Virus record (IMG/VR): IMGVR_UViG_3300042934_000594 | Coordinates: 205,431 to 269,430 of that record | Reading direction: 5' to 3' (one strand) | DNA: 64,000 bases | Part shown: positions 1 through 9,466 of the stretch, in pieces | Layout: every line of letters begins with the position of its first letter | How positions within the stretch are numbered: the stretch's first letter is position 1 | Notes under the pieces: generated by a model | Databases searched by the model: none | What the model saw: the letters and a program-made list of their open reading frames with translations, nothing else | Told to the model about the DNA's origin: nothing | Position numbers and translations under genes: made by a program

Positions 1-5
1 CGACC

Positions 6-398
6 GTGCTTGAGATCGGTTCGGCTGGGACTTCCCAGTACCGGGCTATCTTTGACTTCTACGCAGTGGGGGATTACCAGTCCCCCACAGGCATTCGGTA
101 CAGCACCCATGCTGGCTATTACTATTACCTACTTTCAGGCAATAAGGCCGGCCGGTTGTTGGCAGCTCAGACTCAGGAGGAACTGAACCGTCGTCGTAAA
201 GCCAACCCGTGGATGCACCGTGAAGGGTTGGAGGAACTGTTGTATGAAAACCTGGTGCACAACACCGCCAGCAAACCCCTGCTACGAGCTGGGATCCCAA
301 AAGGCACTCGTGTGACCTGGACGGAACCTGGAAGAAAGCTCAATGCTGCGGAGAAGCGCTGGCTTAAGGTCGTGCAACGTTACATCGACGAAGCGTAA
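6..398 (+). CDS. hypothetical phage protein, 5'-partial
   Basis: Frame open to the window edge; followed by a GC hairpin at 404-426. Confidence 0.7.
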   Translation: MLEIGSAGTSQYRAIFDFYAVGDYQSPTGIRYSTHAGYYYYLLSGNKAGRLLAAQTQEELNRRRKANPWMHREGLEELLYENLVHNTASKPLLRAGIPKGTRVTWTEPGRKLNAAEKRWLKVVQRYIDEA

Positions 399-476
399 CG
401 TGGTGCTGCCCCTGCGGGGGCAGCGCTATTACGCCCCCATCCTATAGGTTCTTTTTTTGTTTGCGTGGAGTCCGAC

Positions 477-1505
477 ATGGTCAAATTAGCCACCCCCGCC
501 TTTAATGGCAACCCTACCGACAAGCTGGCCGCCGTTGATGTATACGGCGCCGTTGATCCGGCCACTAAAAACGCCCTGACCTCACAGGTATCCTCCTTCG
601 GTTCCAGCCTCAGTGAGACCTTAGGCGGGGTGTACAACAAGGTCGCCTCCATTGGCACTAAGCTTTTGGGGGACAAGAGTATCAACCTGGACCAAGCCAA
701 GGACCGTATCCAACGGGCCATGGGGGGTTCACGCAATGACATCCTCGCCCTGGCCACCTCGGTGCAAGGGGGCATCGTCAGTGAGCTGACCGGTCTGGAC
801 CCCAATACCAACTACGTGCGCAAAGCCAGTGAGTTGGCCAACAGCGTGGTATTGATCACCACTCAAGGTAAACAACTGCTCAACCGTCAGGGTTATAACC
901 AGGCCGGCGCCTTGATGAACTTCGTCGGGCAGCTGACGGGTAACCCGGTGTTTAAAGCGTTGGACCTGGGTGCAGAGACCGCCATGCTCAAGGGCGTGTT
1001 GACGGAAGTGTCCAAATGGGGCATTCCTAGCCTGGTCGATGACCTGATTCGGGAGAACACCGCACGGACAGGGTCCTCTAAGGGCTCCTACCACGCTGTG
1101 AGCCGCGCAAGCGGTACGATCGCTATGACGGCCGACATCTCGGTGATCAAGCAGCTGATCGCCTCTGTGGGCGTTACAGCCCTCACTGCCGGTACACCCA
1201 ACTTCGCACAACTGTTCTTGAGTCGTTATGATTTCAAGGTGGGCACCACGGCGGACCAATACCCGGCACTGCTGGCGGAGCTGGTGGGGGTGATGAATTC
1301 CTTAAAGCCTGACTGGTTCTATGTGATCCGCAACGGTGAGCGGATCGTGAACTTGGCAGTGATCACCACGGCCAGTGAGAATGCCAAGACGCTGTTCTTG
1401 AGCAACGATGAATACGCCGGTCCCAGCATGTACGCCCCTCAGTACAAACCCAGCACGACCCTGTCGTTGATCAAAGGCCTGTACCCCAAGATCGGCATTC
1501 TCTAG
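477..1505 (+). CDS. virion structural protein (phiKZ gp174 position)
   Basis: GGAG 6 nt before ATG477; converges on the protease as in phiKZ-like synteny. Confidence 0.6.
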   Translation: MVKLATPAFNGNPTDKLAAVDVYGAVDPATKNALTSQVSSFGSSLSETLGGVYNKVASIGTKLLGDKSINLDQAKDRIQRAMGGSRNDILALATSVQGGIVSELTGLDPNTNYVRKASELANSVVLITTQGKQLLNRQGYNQAGALMNFVGQLTGNPVFKALDLGAETAMLKGVLTEVSKWGIPSLVDDLIRENTARTGSSKGSYHAVSRASGTIAMTADISVIKQLIASVGVTALTAGTPNFAQLFLSRYDFKVGTTADQYPALLAELVGVMNSLKPDWFYVIRNGERIVNLAVITTASENAKTLFLSNDEYAGPSMYAPQYKPSTTLSLIKGLYPKIGIL

Positions 1506-1509
1506 GCAA

Positions 1510-1541
1510 CATAAAGCCCCTCCCGAAGGAGGGGCAATATG
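1510..1541. terminator. bidirectional hairpin between convergent genes
   Basis: GCCCCTCC-CGAA-GGAGGGGC (UUCG loop on minus strand) flanked by CATAA and TATG. Confidence 0.8.
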
Positions 1542-1547
1542 CCGTCC

Positions 1548-2342
1548 TTACCAGTTACGCAAGAAGGCCGGGGCTTTCTGTACGTCACGTGCTGGGTGTT
1601 TGCTCCAACCCAGTGCGTTGATCAGGTCATTGGCATCCAGACCCCCGTGTTCCAGCCCGAGCGAACGCATGCGCTTTTGCTCATCAGCCAGTGACCACAG
1701 CATGGTCGGAGTGATCTCGATCGCCCGATCCGTGAAATCTTCCAACGACGGCGAGTTGTACTTGTTCGCCCCCAAGATCCCACCTTCACCCACGTAGTCC
1801 CAAGTCACGATTTCACGGGTGTACTTGATGCCACGGGTGATGTCATCCATGGTCACCGAGCGCACCGAGAAGTACGTGTTCTCGTGTGGGTTTTCGAACG
1901 AGTCTTTGACCACGTGGCCGTAAGGACCACACGGACGGATCTCAGCCATCACGTAGACACACGGACGGCCCTTTTCATCGCGCTGGTTTTCCAACAGGTA
2001 GACCCGGCGGATGTGCGCACAGCGACGGTCGTCGTCGATCTTGCGAATCCGTGCCAGGTACTGCTGGTCGTTCATGGGCTTGCCATCAGGCATGAACGGT
2101 TCAGGGTGCTTGTACTCAGCGTAGACCACGCCTTTAAGCATCCGGCGTACCAACACGCTGTTTTCCTTGAACATGCTCAGACCTGACGCCAAGTCGTAGT
2201 GCATACCCATGGAGTTGTCGGTGCCGTAGGCCCCGACGATCTGCGTGTAGTAGCCATCTTTGTCCGGTGTCAGGATACCCTGCTTACCGGTGCCTTTGAG
2301 CATCGAACAACTGATGCTCGTGCGGTTGGTTTGTGGGAGCAT
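1548..2342 (-). CDS. prohead (head maturation) serine protease, phiKZ gp175 / T4 gp21-like
   Basis: Motifs AEYKHP, FSVRS, TWDYVGEGG; RBS GAGGTGGAG before ATG2342; synteny. Confidence 0.85.
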   Translation of the reverse strand: MLPQTNRTSISCSMLKGTGKQGILTPDKDGYYTQIVGAYGTDNSMGMHYDLASGLSMFKENSVLVRRMLKGVVYAEYKHPEPFMPDGKPMNDQQYLARIRKIDDDRRCAHIRRVYLLENQRDEKGRPCVYVMAEIRPCGPYGHVVKDSFENPHENTYFSVRSVTMDDITRGIKYTREIVTWDYVGEGGILGANKYNSPSLEDFTDRAIEITPTMLWSLADEQKRMRSLGLEHGGLDANDLINALGWSKHPARDVQKAPAFLRNW

Positions 2343-2352
2343 GCTCCACCTC

Positions 2353-3072
2353 TTAAGTCCGTAGAAGTTCTTCGATCCGCTCCACCCGCTCACTGGGGTT
2401 CACAAGGGCGGAGGTAATGCTGTCGCTGAAGTACGAACCGATCAACTTACTGGTGGTGTCAGAGGTGTTCCAAATCACACTTCGGAAAGGCACCACGGCC
2501 GGGGGCCGTTCATCGACGTCACTGTAATCTTGCAGCACGTGCTTGTATAACTGCGTGAAGTCGTCAGCGTTACGACCCATCGTGGAAATGATCAACTCCG
2601 GCACGGCTCGGTTGCCCAAGTTAATGCCGGCGTACTCTTCAGCGGTTTCAAACAACTTAAGCATGTCGAAGTAGTTAAACGACCACGGCATGTTACCCTT
2701 GGCGACGTGCTCATCGTAGATGTAGTACGTCAAGGTGTCATTCTTAACCAGATCGATCCCGTAGAACACCCGGTCACCCGGGAAGAAGCTGAACTCGATG
2801 TAGGCCGTATTGCGGATGGTGACACGTTCGGTAGAGCTTGGGGTGATGCGGATCATCGCCGCCGTTTCAGACACGGTGTAGAACTGGTCATTGACGATCA
2901 AGGAGAAGAACGCGAGGATGTACACCTCGGTGCCAATGCTCGCCAAGTGACGGGTGGTGTAGCGTTCAGGGATCTGAATGCGTACGTGAGCATCTGTGAC
3001 GATGCTCCCGTCGTCCTGCTCAAACAGGTGTTTGTGTACGGCGGCCGGATCACGCTTGAGCTGACCGGCCAT
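2353..3072 (-). CDS. conserved jumbo-phage protein (gp176 position)
   Basis: 239-aa ORF with GGAGG RBS, in the operon between RNAP and protease. Confidence 0.7.
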   Translation of the reverse strand: MAGQLKRDPAAVHKHLFEQDDGSIVTDAHVRIQIPERYTTRHLASIGTEVYILAFFSLIVNDQFYTVSETAAMIRITPSSTERVTIRNTAYIEFSFFPGDRVFYGIDLVKNDTLTYYIYDEHVAKGNMPWSFNYFDMLKLFETAEEYAGINLGNRAVPELIISTMGRNADDFTQLYKHVLQDYSDVDERPPAVVPFRSVIWNTSDTTSKLIGSYFSDSITSALVNPSERVERIEELLRT

Positions 3073-3084
3073 CGTTACCTCCGC

Positions 3085-4875
3085 TTACTTACCGATGCGC
3101 GACCGCAGGATTTTCATCTTGATGTCATCGCCCTTGTCTTCTTCGCTGGGCACTTCAACCGGTTCAGCCGCTTGCGCCACTTCCCCGTCCGCAGGTGCAC
3201 CCAGACCGCTTTCAACGTTGTCCAGTGCTTGCACAGCGTCAGCGTTTTCCACGGTCACTTCCGTTTGCTCGCTGCCGGCTTCTGCTTCACCCGTCTCGGC
3301 TGCCTGAGCGGCGGCCAAGGCGGCGGTGTCTTCCAGCTCTTGCGTCTCATTGGAGATGACGCCTTCGCCTTCCACCGGAACCGACTGCGATTGACCGTTG
3401 TCGACCGCATTGCCCAGTGCTGGGTTGATGAACGGTACGAACGGCACGGCCTGGATTTGTGCAGCCAACCAATCGCCCCCAATGGCCACCAGCGCCACAG
3501 CGGCCAGCGCCCGGTTGTCGTCGCCCCCGTGGATCTTGCTGGCCTTGTCCATTTCCATCAAGAACTCTTGATAGATCGGGTTAGGGAAGTACGCCTCACA
3601 TACCAGCTTGGTGACCACGGCGTAGATGTTGTCGAACATCGCATCCGGACACTGTTGCAGGCTGTTACGCAGACTTTGCATCAGCTCGTTGATCTGAATC
3701 TGTGGCAGGATACTCGCCACGTCCTTATTAGGGGACGACATGACGTTGAGCAGTGTCTTGCGACGATTGCGCACAGCGTCATCGGCTTGGGCCTGGCAGA
3801 TCAGCGGGTAGACCTGCAACCACTTCTTGAGGAACACATCGGCGTGTTGCGCGAAGTCTTCCACACGGGTCACGGACGGATTGAGGATCGCCCCGCCCAG
3901 CAGCACTTGCACATCGTTGCCTTGCTCGATCCAGGCACCGTACAGATCGCCGTTAGCAACGACCTCTACCGTACGACGACCAATGGGGTCGTTACCGTCA
4001 GACCGCAGCACCAGCACGTTGCGTTGCAGCTGAGCCACACGGCGGCCGTAGGCACCGAGCAGGGCAGCACCGAACAGCTCGTGCAGGTGCATCATGGCGT
4101 TGGCCCATTCTTCCAACTCCACCGATTCACCGGTGACGTCCGCTGGGTTCTGCGCCATGTGACCGACCAAGCAGTAGGCCAACAGCAACTCGTCCACCGA
4201 GAACGGCAGACGGTGGCGTTGCAGCATGCTCAGCGACAGGGCGTCCAATGCACGCACACTGAACAACTGTTGCCAGACCGAGGCGATGGTCTCAGCACCG
4301 ACTTTCAGTAGCCACTCGGTGACCTGAGGCGGGTCCAGGTGTGGGTTGTTGTTGGCCACCATCTCGATGACCTGCTCAGCCGAAGCCTGCGGCAGGATGA
4401 ACGAGCGGTAGGACGGGCGCTGTTGCACGGTGGTGTAACGGCTTTGCAGGTGGTTCACCAGACGCGGTTCGTCATGCACCGGGTCGTAGTTGAACACGCT
4501 GATTTCGATCTTCGGCTTGACCACATCACGCTGACGTTCATCGAACGCTGCGCAGTAGGCCAACACCGCAGGACGAATGACGTTGCGCGAGTTGTGCAGG
4601 ATCGCATTCAACCCGTTGGCCATCAGACCGGAAAGACGGTCCACGACATCGCCGTCTTCAGGCGTTGGTTCAGCGTTGGCTTCTTCGAAGTCTTCCTGGG
4701 CCACCTGCATGACTTGCTCAGTCAGAGGGCGTTGATCGCCCTCCACTGGGTTGGCGTACAGGCCCGCCATGGTGGCGAGTGGGAAGGACGGTTCTTTAAC
4801 CGCCAGCACCATGCCAGACTCAGTCAGGGTTTGAGCCAGAGGAGCCACAGCGGCCAGGGTAGTTTGTTGGTACAT
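3085..4875 (-). CDS. conserved jumbo-phage (likely virion) protein with acidic C-terminal tail (gp177 position)
   Basis: AAGGAG before ATG4875; E/A-rich C-terminus; synteny. Confidence 0.7.
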   Translation of the reverse strand: MYQQTTLAAVAPLAQTLTESGMVLAVKEPSFPLATMAGLYANPVEGDQRPLTEQVMQVAQEDFEEANAEPTPEDGDVVDRLSGLMANGLNAILHNSRNVIRPAVLAYCAAFDERQRDVVKPKIEISVFNYDPVHDEPRLVNHLQSRYTTVQQRPSYRSFILPQASAEQVIEMVANNNPHLDPPQVTEWLLKVGAETIASVWQQLFSVRALDALSLSMLQRHRLPFSVDELLLAYCLVGHMAQNPADVTGESVELEEWANAMMHLHELFGAALLGAYGRRVAQLQRNVLVLRSDGNDPIGRRTVEVVANGDLYGAWIEQGNDVQVLLGGAILNPSVTRVEDFAQHADVFLKKWLQVYPLICQAQADDAVRNRRKTLLNVMSSPNKDVASILPQIQINELMQSLRNSLQQCPDAMFDNIYAVVTKLVCEAYFPNPIYQEFLMEMDKASKIHGGDDNRALAAVALVAIGGDWLAAQIQAVPFVPFINPALGNAVDNGQSQSVPVEGEGVISNETQELEDTAALAAAQAAETGEAEAGSEQTEVTVENADAVQALDNVESGLGAPADGEVAQAAEPVEVPSEEDKGDDIKMKILRSRIGK

Positions 4876-4885
4876 GAGTGGCTCC

Positions 4886-5089
4886 TTAGACGCCGAGTTT
4901 CTTGGCCACACGCGCCAGCAGCGCAGTCTGGATGTCTTGTGTGGTCAACAGCTGACCACCGACTTCGTTCGAAGCCCCGTCACCACCCAGGCATTGCTGG
5001 ATGGCAGCGGCGCCCAGTTCCGCTGCGGCGGTCAGGACCTGAAGGGTCTGCGCGTGAGCGGCGTTAGGGCTAAGACTTTGCTTTTGCAT
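4886..5089 (-). CDS. small hypothetical protein
   Basis: GAGGA RBS before ATG5089; fills the gap between RNAP beta and the next gene. Confidence 0.55.
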   Translation of the reverse strand: MQKQSLSPNAAHAQTLQVLTAAAELGAAAIQQCLGGDGASNEVGGQLLTTQDIQTALLARVAKKLGV

Positions 5090-8000
5090 TTGCGGTTCCT
5101 CGGTAAACAGCTGGGACATGTTGAGACAGGAGCCACAACAGGATGTTGGTGGTGCCTGACAATTTAGGTGCGTTGACCATTCGAGCCTCGACCGACGTGT
5201 TGCCGAACTTGGCGTCTAGCGCAATACCCGACTCAGTGGCGTTGGTTCCCGAGAACACCCGGGAGATCACCGTCTTCATCTGGTTGCCCATTACGGCTTT
5301 GTCGCCGACGCCCATGGCGACGTCGTGGTCAATGTAGATGCGAATGGCCACGGTGTCTGGATCCAAGGCCTTACCGCTGACGCGGAAGCTGGTGTCCACT
5401 TCACCGGTGAATGCCGGTTTGCCTTGAGCACGGGAGCTGGTCTTGCGTTCCTTGTCCGATTGCGCTGCAATCGCTTGCAGGTTTTCAGACATGTCCTCAA
5501 AATCGCCGTGGTAGAACACTTCGATCTTGGCCACATCCCCAACGACTTTTGCCCGTGGGGTGGACTGGGACAGGCGGCGCAAGGTGTCCAATGCCGCGCC
5601 CCCAAAGAGCACGTTATTGGCCGTCTCAGGGTCTTCAATCGTACATAGAATTGTTTCCAAGTCTACGTGATCGCCAACCTGCACCAAGCCATGCACCGTT
5701 TGGTCAAACCGAACCTGGATGGTTTTGACTTCGGTGGTCTGGGTATTGAGCTTCTTCGCCATGCTTTCAGAGATGGCCGAACCGTCTTCAAATGTTTCGA
5801 TATCGTCGATCATGGCCACAAAGCCCATGACCCCAGCCTTGACGATCACCTTCCCTGGACTCATGCGATCGGGGGTGAAGAACTTGCGGTTGTAGGCCAG
5901 TGTGTCCCCATGACGAATACGGTCACCGGCTTTAAGGTCGGTGATGACATCGTGTGGGTACGTGGTCCCTGCTGCATTCCCGTGAACCTTACCCAAGGCC
6001 ACCCGCGTTTCAGACCCGTCGGCATAGCGCACGGTGACCGCGTGCTTGTTGACCGAGATCACCTCACCGTCTTGCTCTGCGCACGTCGCAAAGGTGGCGG
6101 TGGTGCGTTGGGCGATAATCTGCTCATACCCGGTGCGCAGTGGGGTGGCGGTATAGCCGTCTGCTGAGACGCCCTGAGCCTGCTGGATCGCAATGAAGTT
6201 GATACGCTTCATGTCGTCGTGGTCAGCACACGGGGCGTTCAAGGCCGAGGCGGAGAACAGTTTGGCAGCACCGTCACGCTCTTTGTCAAACGGACGGGTG
6301 AAACCGCGCATGTTCTTCAAGTTCGCATCAGGCGCTGCGTAGGCAATCACCCCCACGTCACCCGAGTCCACGGTGGATTCAGACACCACCCCCTTATCGG
6401 ATTCGTGGAAGATACGCGTGCGCTCCACCATCGACTGCCCACCCCGACCGCCATCACCCCGGAACGTCATGCGTTCCTGTTCACGCAGGTTCTGGAACGG
6501 GTTGGACTCCTCGGTCATACCGGCCGATGGATCCTGCACGATCTTCATCCACACCGCGTGCGGGTTGAGCTCAACGGCATGGTCCCCGGATGCCGAACGG
6601 TTGTTAAAGCTTTTCACCGAACGGGAGAGTTCACCGTAGACCATCCCCGCAAAACGCTCGTAACCCCGGTAGCGCATGAACGCACCGTCCACTTCCTCAG
6701 GACTGTAGTCGGTCATCAACAACTCAACCGCACGCAACACCAGAGGACCGAACTCGGTCGGCTCACCCATCTCTTCGAGCATGCCGCGGGTGATCGGGTC
6801 CATCCACGCTTTAAACAGCGCGTCGATCTCACGCAAATAACGCACGCCTAGGTCGTTGTCTTCCAAGATACGGAAGTAGACGTCCTTGCGGTCAAAGTCC
6901 CACACCGAGTACTGCTTCAAGGTGCGGTGATAACGGTTCAAGCCGTTGAGCACCAGCGTGGCCCGGTAGTCCAACTTGGAGAACACCAACACCTCATCCT
7001 GGAAGGTCAGTGCATAGTCATCGGCCCCCATCTGGATGCGCTCGCCACGGCGATGGCGCGAGACTTCACAACCCAGTCGACGGATCAACTCCGTCAGGCC
7101 TGAGGCGTAACCCAAGACCAGACCGACTGGCAACACCTTGTTGGCCACGGTCATCTCAGCCGCTTCCACCGGTGCCCCGTTGGTGTCAATCCCCAAGATA
7201 TCGGGCAACGTGCCCAATACTTCCAACCCTTCGTCGGTGTGCAGGTACAGCGCGTTGTTGGTGTCCATCAGCACCAGTTGCTTACCGTTGTGCGCGATCG
7301 CTACTTGGGTGGGTGTTTCGATGGTGTGCACGTCCAACTTCAGGGCCGTGTCAAAGAACTCCGCCCGGCGCTTGTGGTCCAGGAAGAACACGTACTCACC
7401 GGCTTGGAAGGACACGAAGCGCTTGGCCAGCAACGTATAGAAGCGGGGCAATTGCAACGACATGTCAAACACACTGGAGAACCGCACGTCACTGATCGTG
7501 GCGTCCTGAGGGTCCAGACCCCGACGGGTGATGTTCTTGCTGATGAAGTTGTCAAAGTCGTTAACCGCACGACCCGAACGGTCCACGAAGGTTTTGTTGT
7601 AGTAAGAGGTCAAGGCGACTCGCGTCGGGTTGATCTTACGGATGGGTTGGTCAGCGCGCTGAAGGCCGTACTTGTAGGTCACCCCGTTAGAGACAAAGCG
7701 TCCATCGTCATCGAGCACCGGTAGGCGAAAGCGCAGGGTCGATTGACGCCCGCGCAATGGCTTGACCGTTACCGTGTGGATCTGGTAATGGTTCATCGCA
7801 TCGCGAACGGTTTCGATCTGATAGTCCTTGACGGCTACCCCTTGCTGCTGGATCGCTGCCAAGGTGACGTTGAGCACGTCCTTGGCCATCAGTTTACGGA
7901 TGTACTTGGTCTGGATGGCCTTAAGGTTCGACGAGAGCATGGACTTGTCGAAGATCGTGTCGGCATCGGGGAACTTGACTTCTTCAGGCAGCGTCAGGTC

Positions 8001-9464
8001 ACCGTCCTGGTACGTCATGGCCTCTTCAAGCGTGCCCCCCGTCCCGTACGGGTTGGGCAGGGTCTTGTACGTCTCAGCGTCGTCAATGGCACGCTGATAA
8101 GCTCGAGGGGTGATCAATTGCAGTTCCGAGAGTTCCCAGGCCTTTTCGATCACACCGCCTGTGAGCAGGTCGCTGGTCGTGGGCTTTTGCATGTCCACTT
8201 CTTCATCGAGCCCCGCCTGACTCAGCTCCTCGGTGGGCAGCACGCGGTGTTCTTCCTCCTCATCGTCTTCAACGAGTGAGGTGTCCATGACAAACTCGTC
8301 CTGGGTAGTCGGTGGTGCCATGGTGTCGCCAAAGTCAACCCCCAGACCAAAGTCCAGTTCGTCGTCCTCGGTGAGCTCCTCGTCCTTGGCCGAGTCTTCC
8401 TTCTCGTCCTCCGCCGGTTCGGCTGCCACCGGTGGGGCCACAGGCTTCTTGTCGTCCTTGCCCAGTGCCTTTTCAATCTGACCGGCATTGGGCTTGAGTT
8501 CAATGGCGCCTTCGGCGTCAGCGGTTTTACCGTCCAGTTGAACAGAACCGTTGATCAGGTCAGCCAGACTGTGCAGGAGGACCACAAAGCGACGTTGCAG
8601 CTGATCCCCAGCGACGCCCTGGGCTCGGTCGCTAATCGCCTGCTTGTGGGCTCGTAGCTCCTTAGGGGTCATCTTGCTGGTGTCGGTGGTGTCTTCAGTC
8701 AGGTCTTTACGCCAATCGTTGATCTGGCCCAGGTTCCAGACGAAGAAATAGCTGCGTGCTTTGAACACGAAGTTGATCTTGTCCAGCGCCTCTTCGGGCA
8801 CAGTGGCCAACAACGAGTCAGCCCGGTTGTTACCCAACCACTGATACAGGTCAAACGCACTGAGCATGGCCGGGGTGCTGAACACCTCCATGTTCTTTTG
8901 CGTGGCGCCTGCCTGCATCTGCACGAACTGCCCCAGGGTCGGCAGGCGTTCTGGCATGTGGAAGTTGATGTACTGGTTCCAGCCGAACCGCTCGTGGGTT
9001 TTAACCACGTTGTCCCAGAAGGTCTTTTGATTATTGAACCAACGGAAGTACGTCGCCTTGTACGACGGGATGTACCGGTACAGCGAGTTGAGCAGGTTGT
9101 AGTTGACCACCAGCGTGTTCTGCTGGTTGAGCACCAGGGCGTCGTCTTTACGCAGGGGCTTGAACAACCGGTTCTTACGACGGAACTCGTTCTCCAGGAT
9201 ATCGGGGTTGAGGACCGTGCGCTTTGGGGCGCCTTCCGTGGAGTCCAGGCGGCTGACGTGCTCGATGAACACCTTACCCTTGATTGCCGTCAGGTACGGG
9301 TCCTGTGGACTTGGACCCAGGATGGCCTGACCGTCTTCGAAGAACTGGTACACCGAACCCATCGGCAAATACAAGTGCTTGATCGGAATCATGCGCGGGG
9401 CCAGTAACTGACTGACCTGGCGCACACCGACCAACCTGTAGTAGGGGGCTTGTTTTAAACGCAT
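5070..9464 (-). CDS. virion multisubunit RNA polymerase beta-like subunit (phiKZ gp178-like)
   Basis: beta motifs FVSNGV, VSESTVDSGDVG, DDMKRINF, FEDGSAIS, GDKAVMGNQMKTVI; 1464 aa. Confidence 0.92.
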   Translation of the reverse strand: MRLKQAPYYRLVGVRQVSQLLAPRMIPIKHLYLPMGSVYQFFEDGQAILGPSPQDPYLTAIKGKVFIEHVSRLDSTEGAPKRTVLNPDILENEFRRKNRLFKPLRKDDALVLNQQNTLVVNYNLLNSLYRYIPSYKATYFRWFNNQKTFWDNVVKTHERFGWNQYINFHMPERLPTLGQFVQMQAGATQKNMEVFSTPAMLSAFDLYQWLGNNRADSLLATVPEEALDKINFVFKARSYFFVWNLGQINDWRKDLTEDTTDTSKMTPKELRAHKQAISDRAQGVAGDQLQRRFVVLLHSLADLINGSVQLDGKTADAEGAIELKPNAGQIEKALGKDDKKPVAPPVAAEPAEDEKEDSAKDEELTEDDELDFGLGVDFGDTMAPPTTQDEFVMDTSLVEDDEEEEHRVLPTEELSQAGLDEEVDMQKPTTSDLLTGGVIEKAWELSELQLITPRAYQRAIDDAETYKTLPNPYGTGGTLEEAMTYQDGDLTLPEEVKFPDADTIFDKSMLSSNLKAIQTKYIRKLMAKDVLNVTLAAIQQQGVAVKDYQIETVRDAMNHYQIHTVTVKPLRGRQSTLRFRLPVLDDDGRFVSNGVTYKYGLQRADQPIRKINPTRVALTSYYNKTFVDRSGRAVNDFDNFISKNITRRGLDPQDATISDVRFSSVFDMSLQLPRFYTLLAKRFVSFQAGEYVFFLDHKRRAEFFDTALKLDVHTIETPTQVAIAHNGKQLVLMDTNNALYLHTDEGLEVLGTLPDILGIDTNGAPVEAAEMTVANKVLPVGLVLGYASGLTELIRRLGCEVSRHRRGERIQMGADDYALTFQDEVLVFSKLDYRATLVLNGLNRYHRTLKQYSVWDFDRKDVYFRILEDNDLGVRYLREIDALFKAWMDPITRGMLEEMGEPTEFGPLVLRAVELLMTDYSPEEVDGAFMRYRGYERFAGMVYGELSRSVKSFNNRSASGDHAVELNPHAVWMKIVQDPSAGMTEESNPFQNLREQERMTFRGDGGRGGQSMVERTRIFHESDKGVVSESTVDSGDVGVIAYAAPDANLKNMRGFTRPFDKERDGAAKLFSASALNAPCADHDDMKRINFIAIQQAQGVSADGYTATPLRTGYEQIIAQRTTATFATCAEQDGEVISVNKHAVTVRYADGSETRVALGKVHGNAAGTTYPHDVITDLKAGDRIRHGDTLAYNRKFFTPDRMSPGKVIVKAGVMGFVAMIDDIETFEDGSAISESMAKKLNTQTTEVKTIQVRFDQTVHGLVQVGDHVDLETILCTIEDPETANNVLFGGAALDTLRRLSQSTPRAKVVGDVAKIEVFYHGDFEDMSENLQAIAAQSDKERKTSSRAQGKPAFTGEVDTSFRVSGKALDPDTVAIRIYIDHDVAMGVGDKAVMGNQMKTVISRVFSGTNATESGIALDAKFGNTSVEARMVNAPKLSGTTNILLWLLSQHVPAVYRGTANAKAKS

Positions 9465-9466
9465 GG

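Noticed and set aside
2707-4311. 534-aa plus-strand ORF and similar long antisense ORFs (e.g. 24265-25461, 33085-34140, 47252-48214)
   Set aside because: Shadows of codon-biased genes on the opposite strand; no motifs
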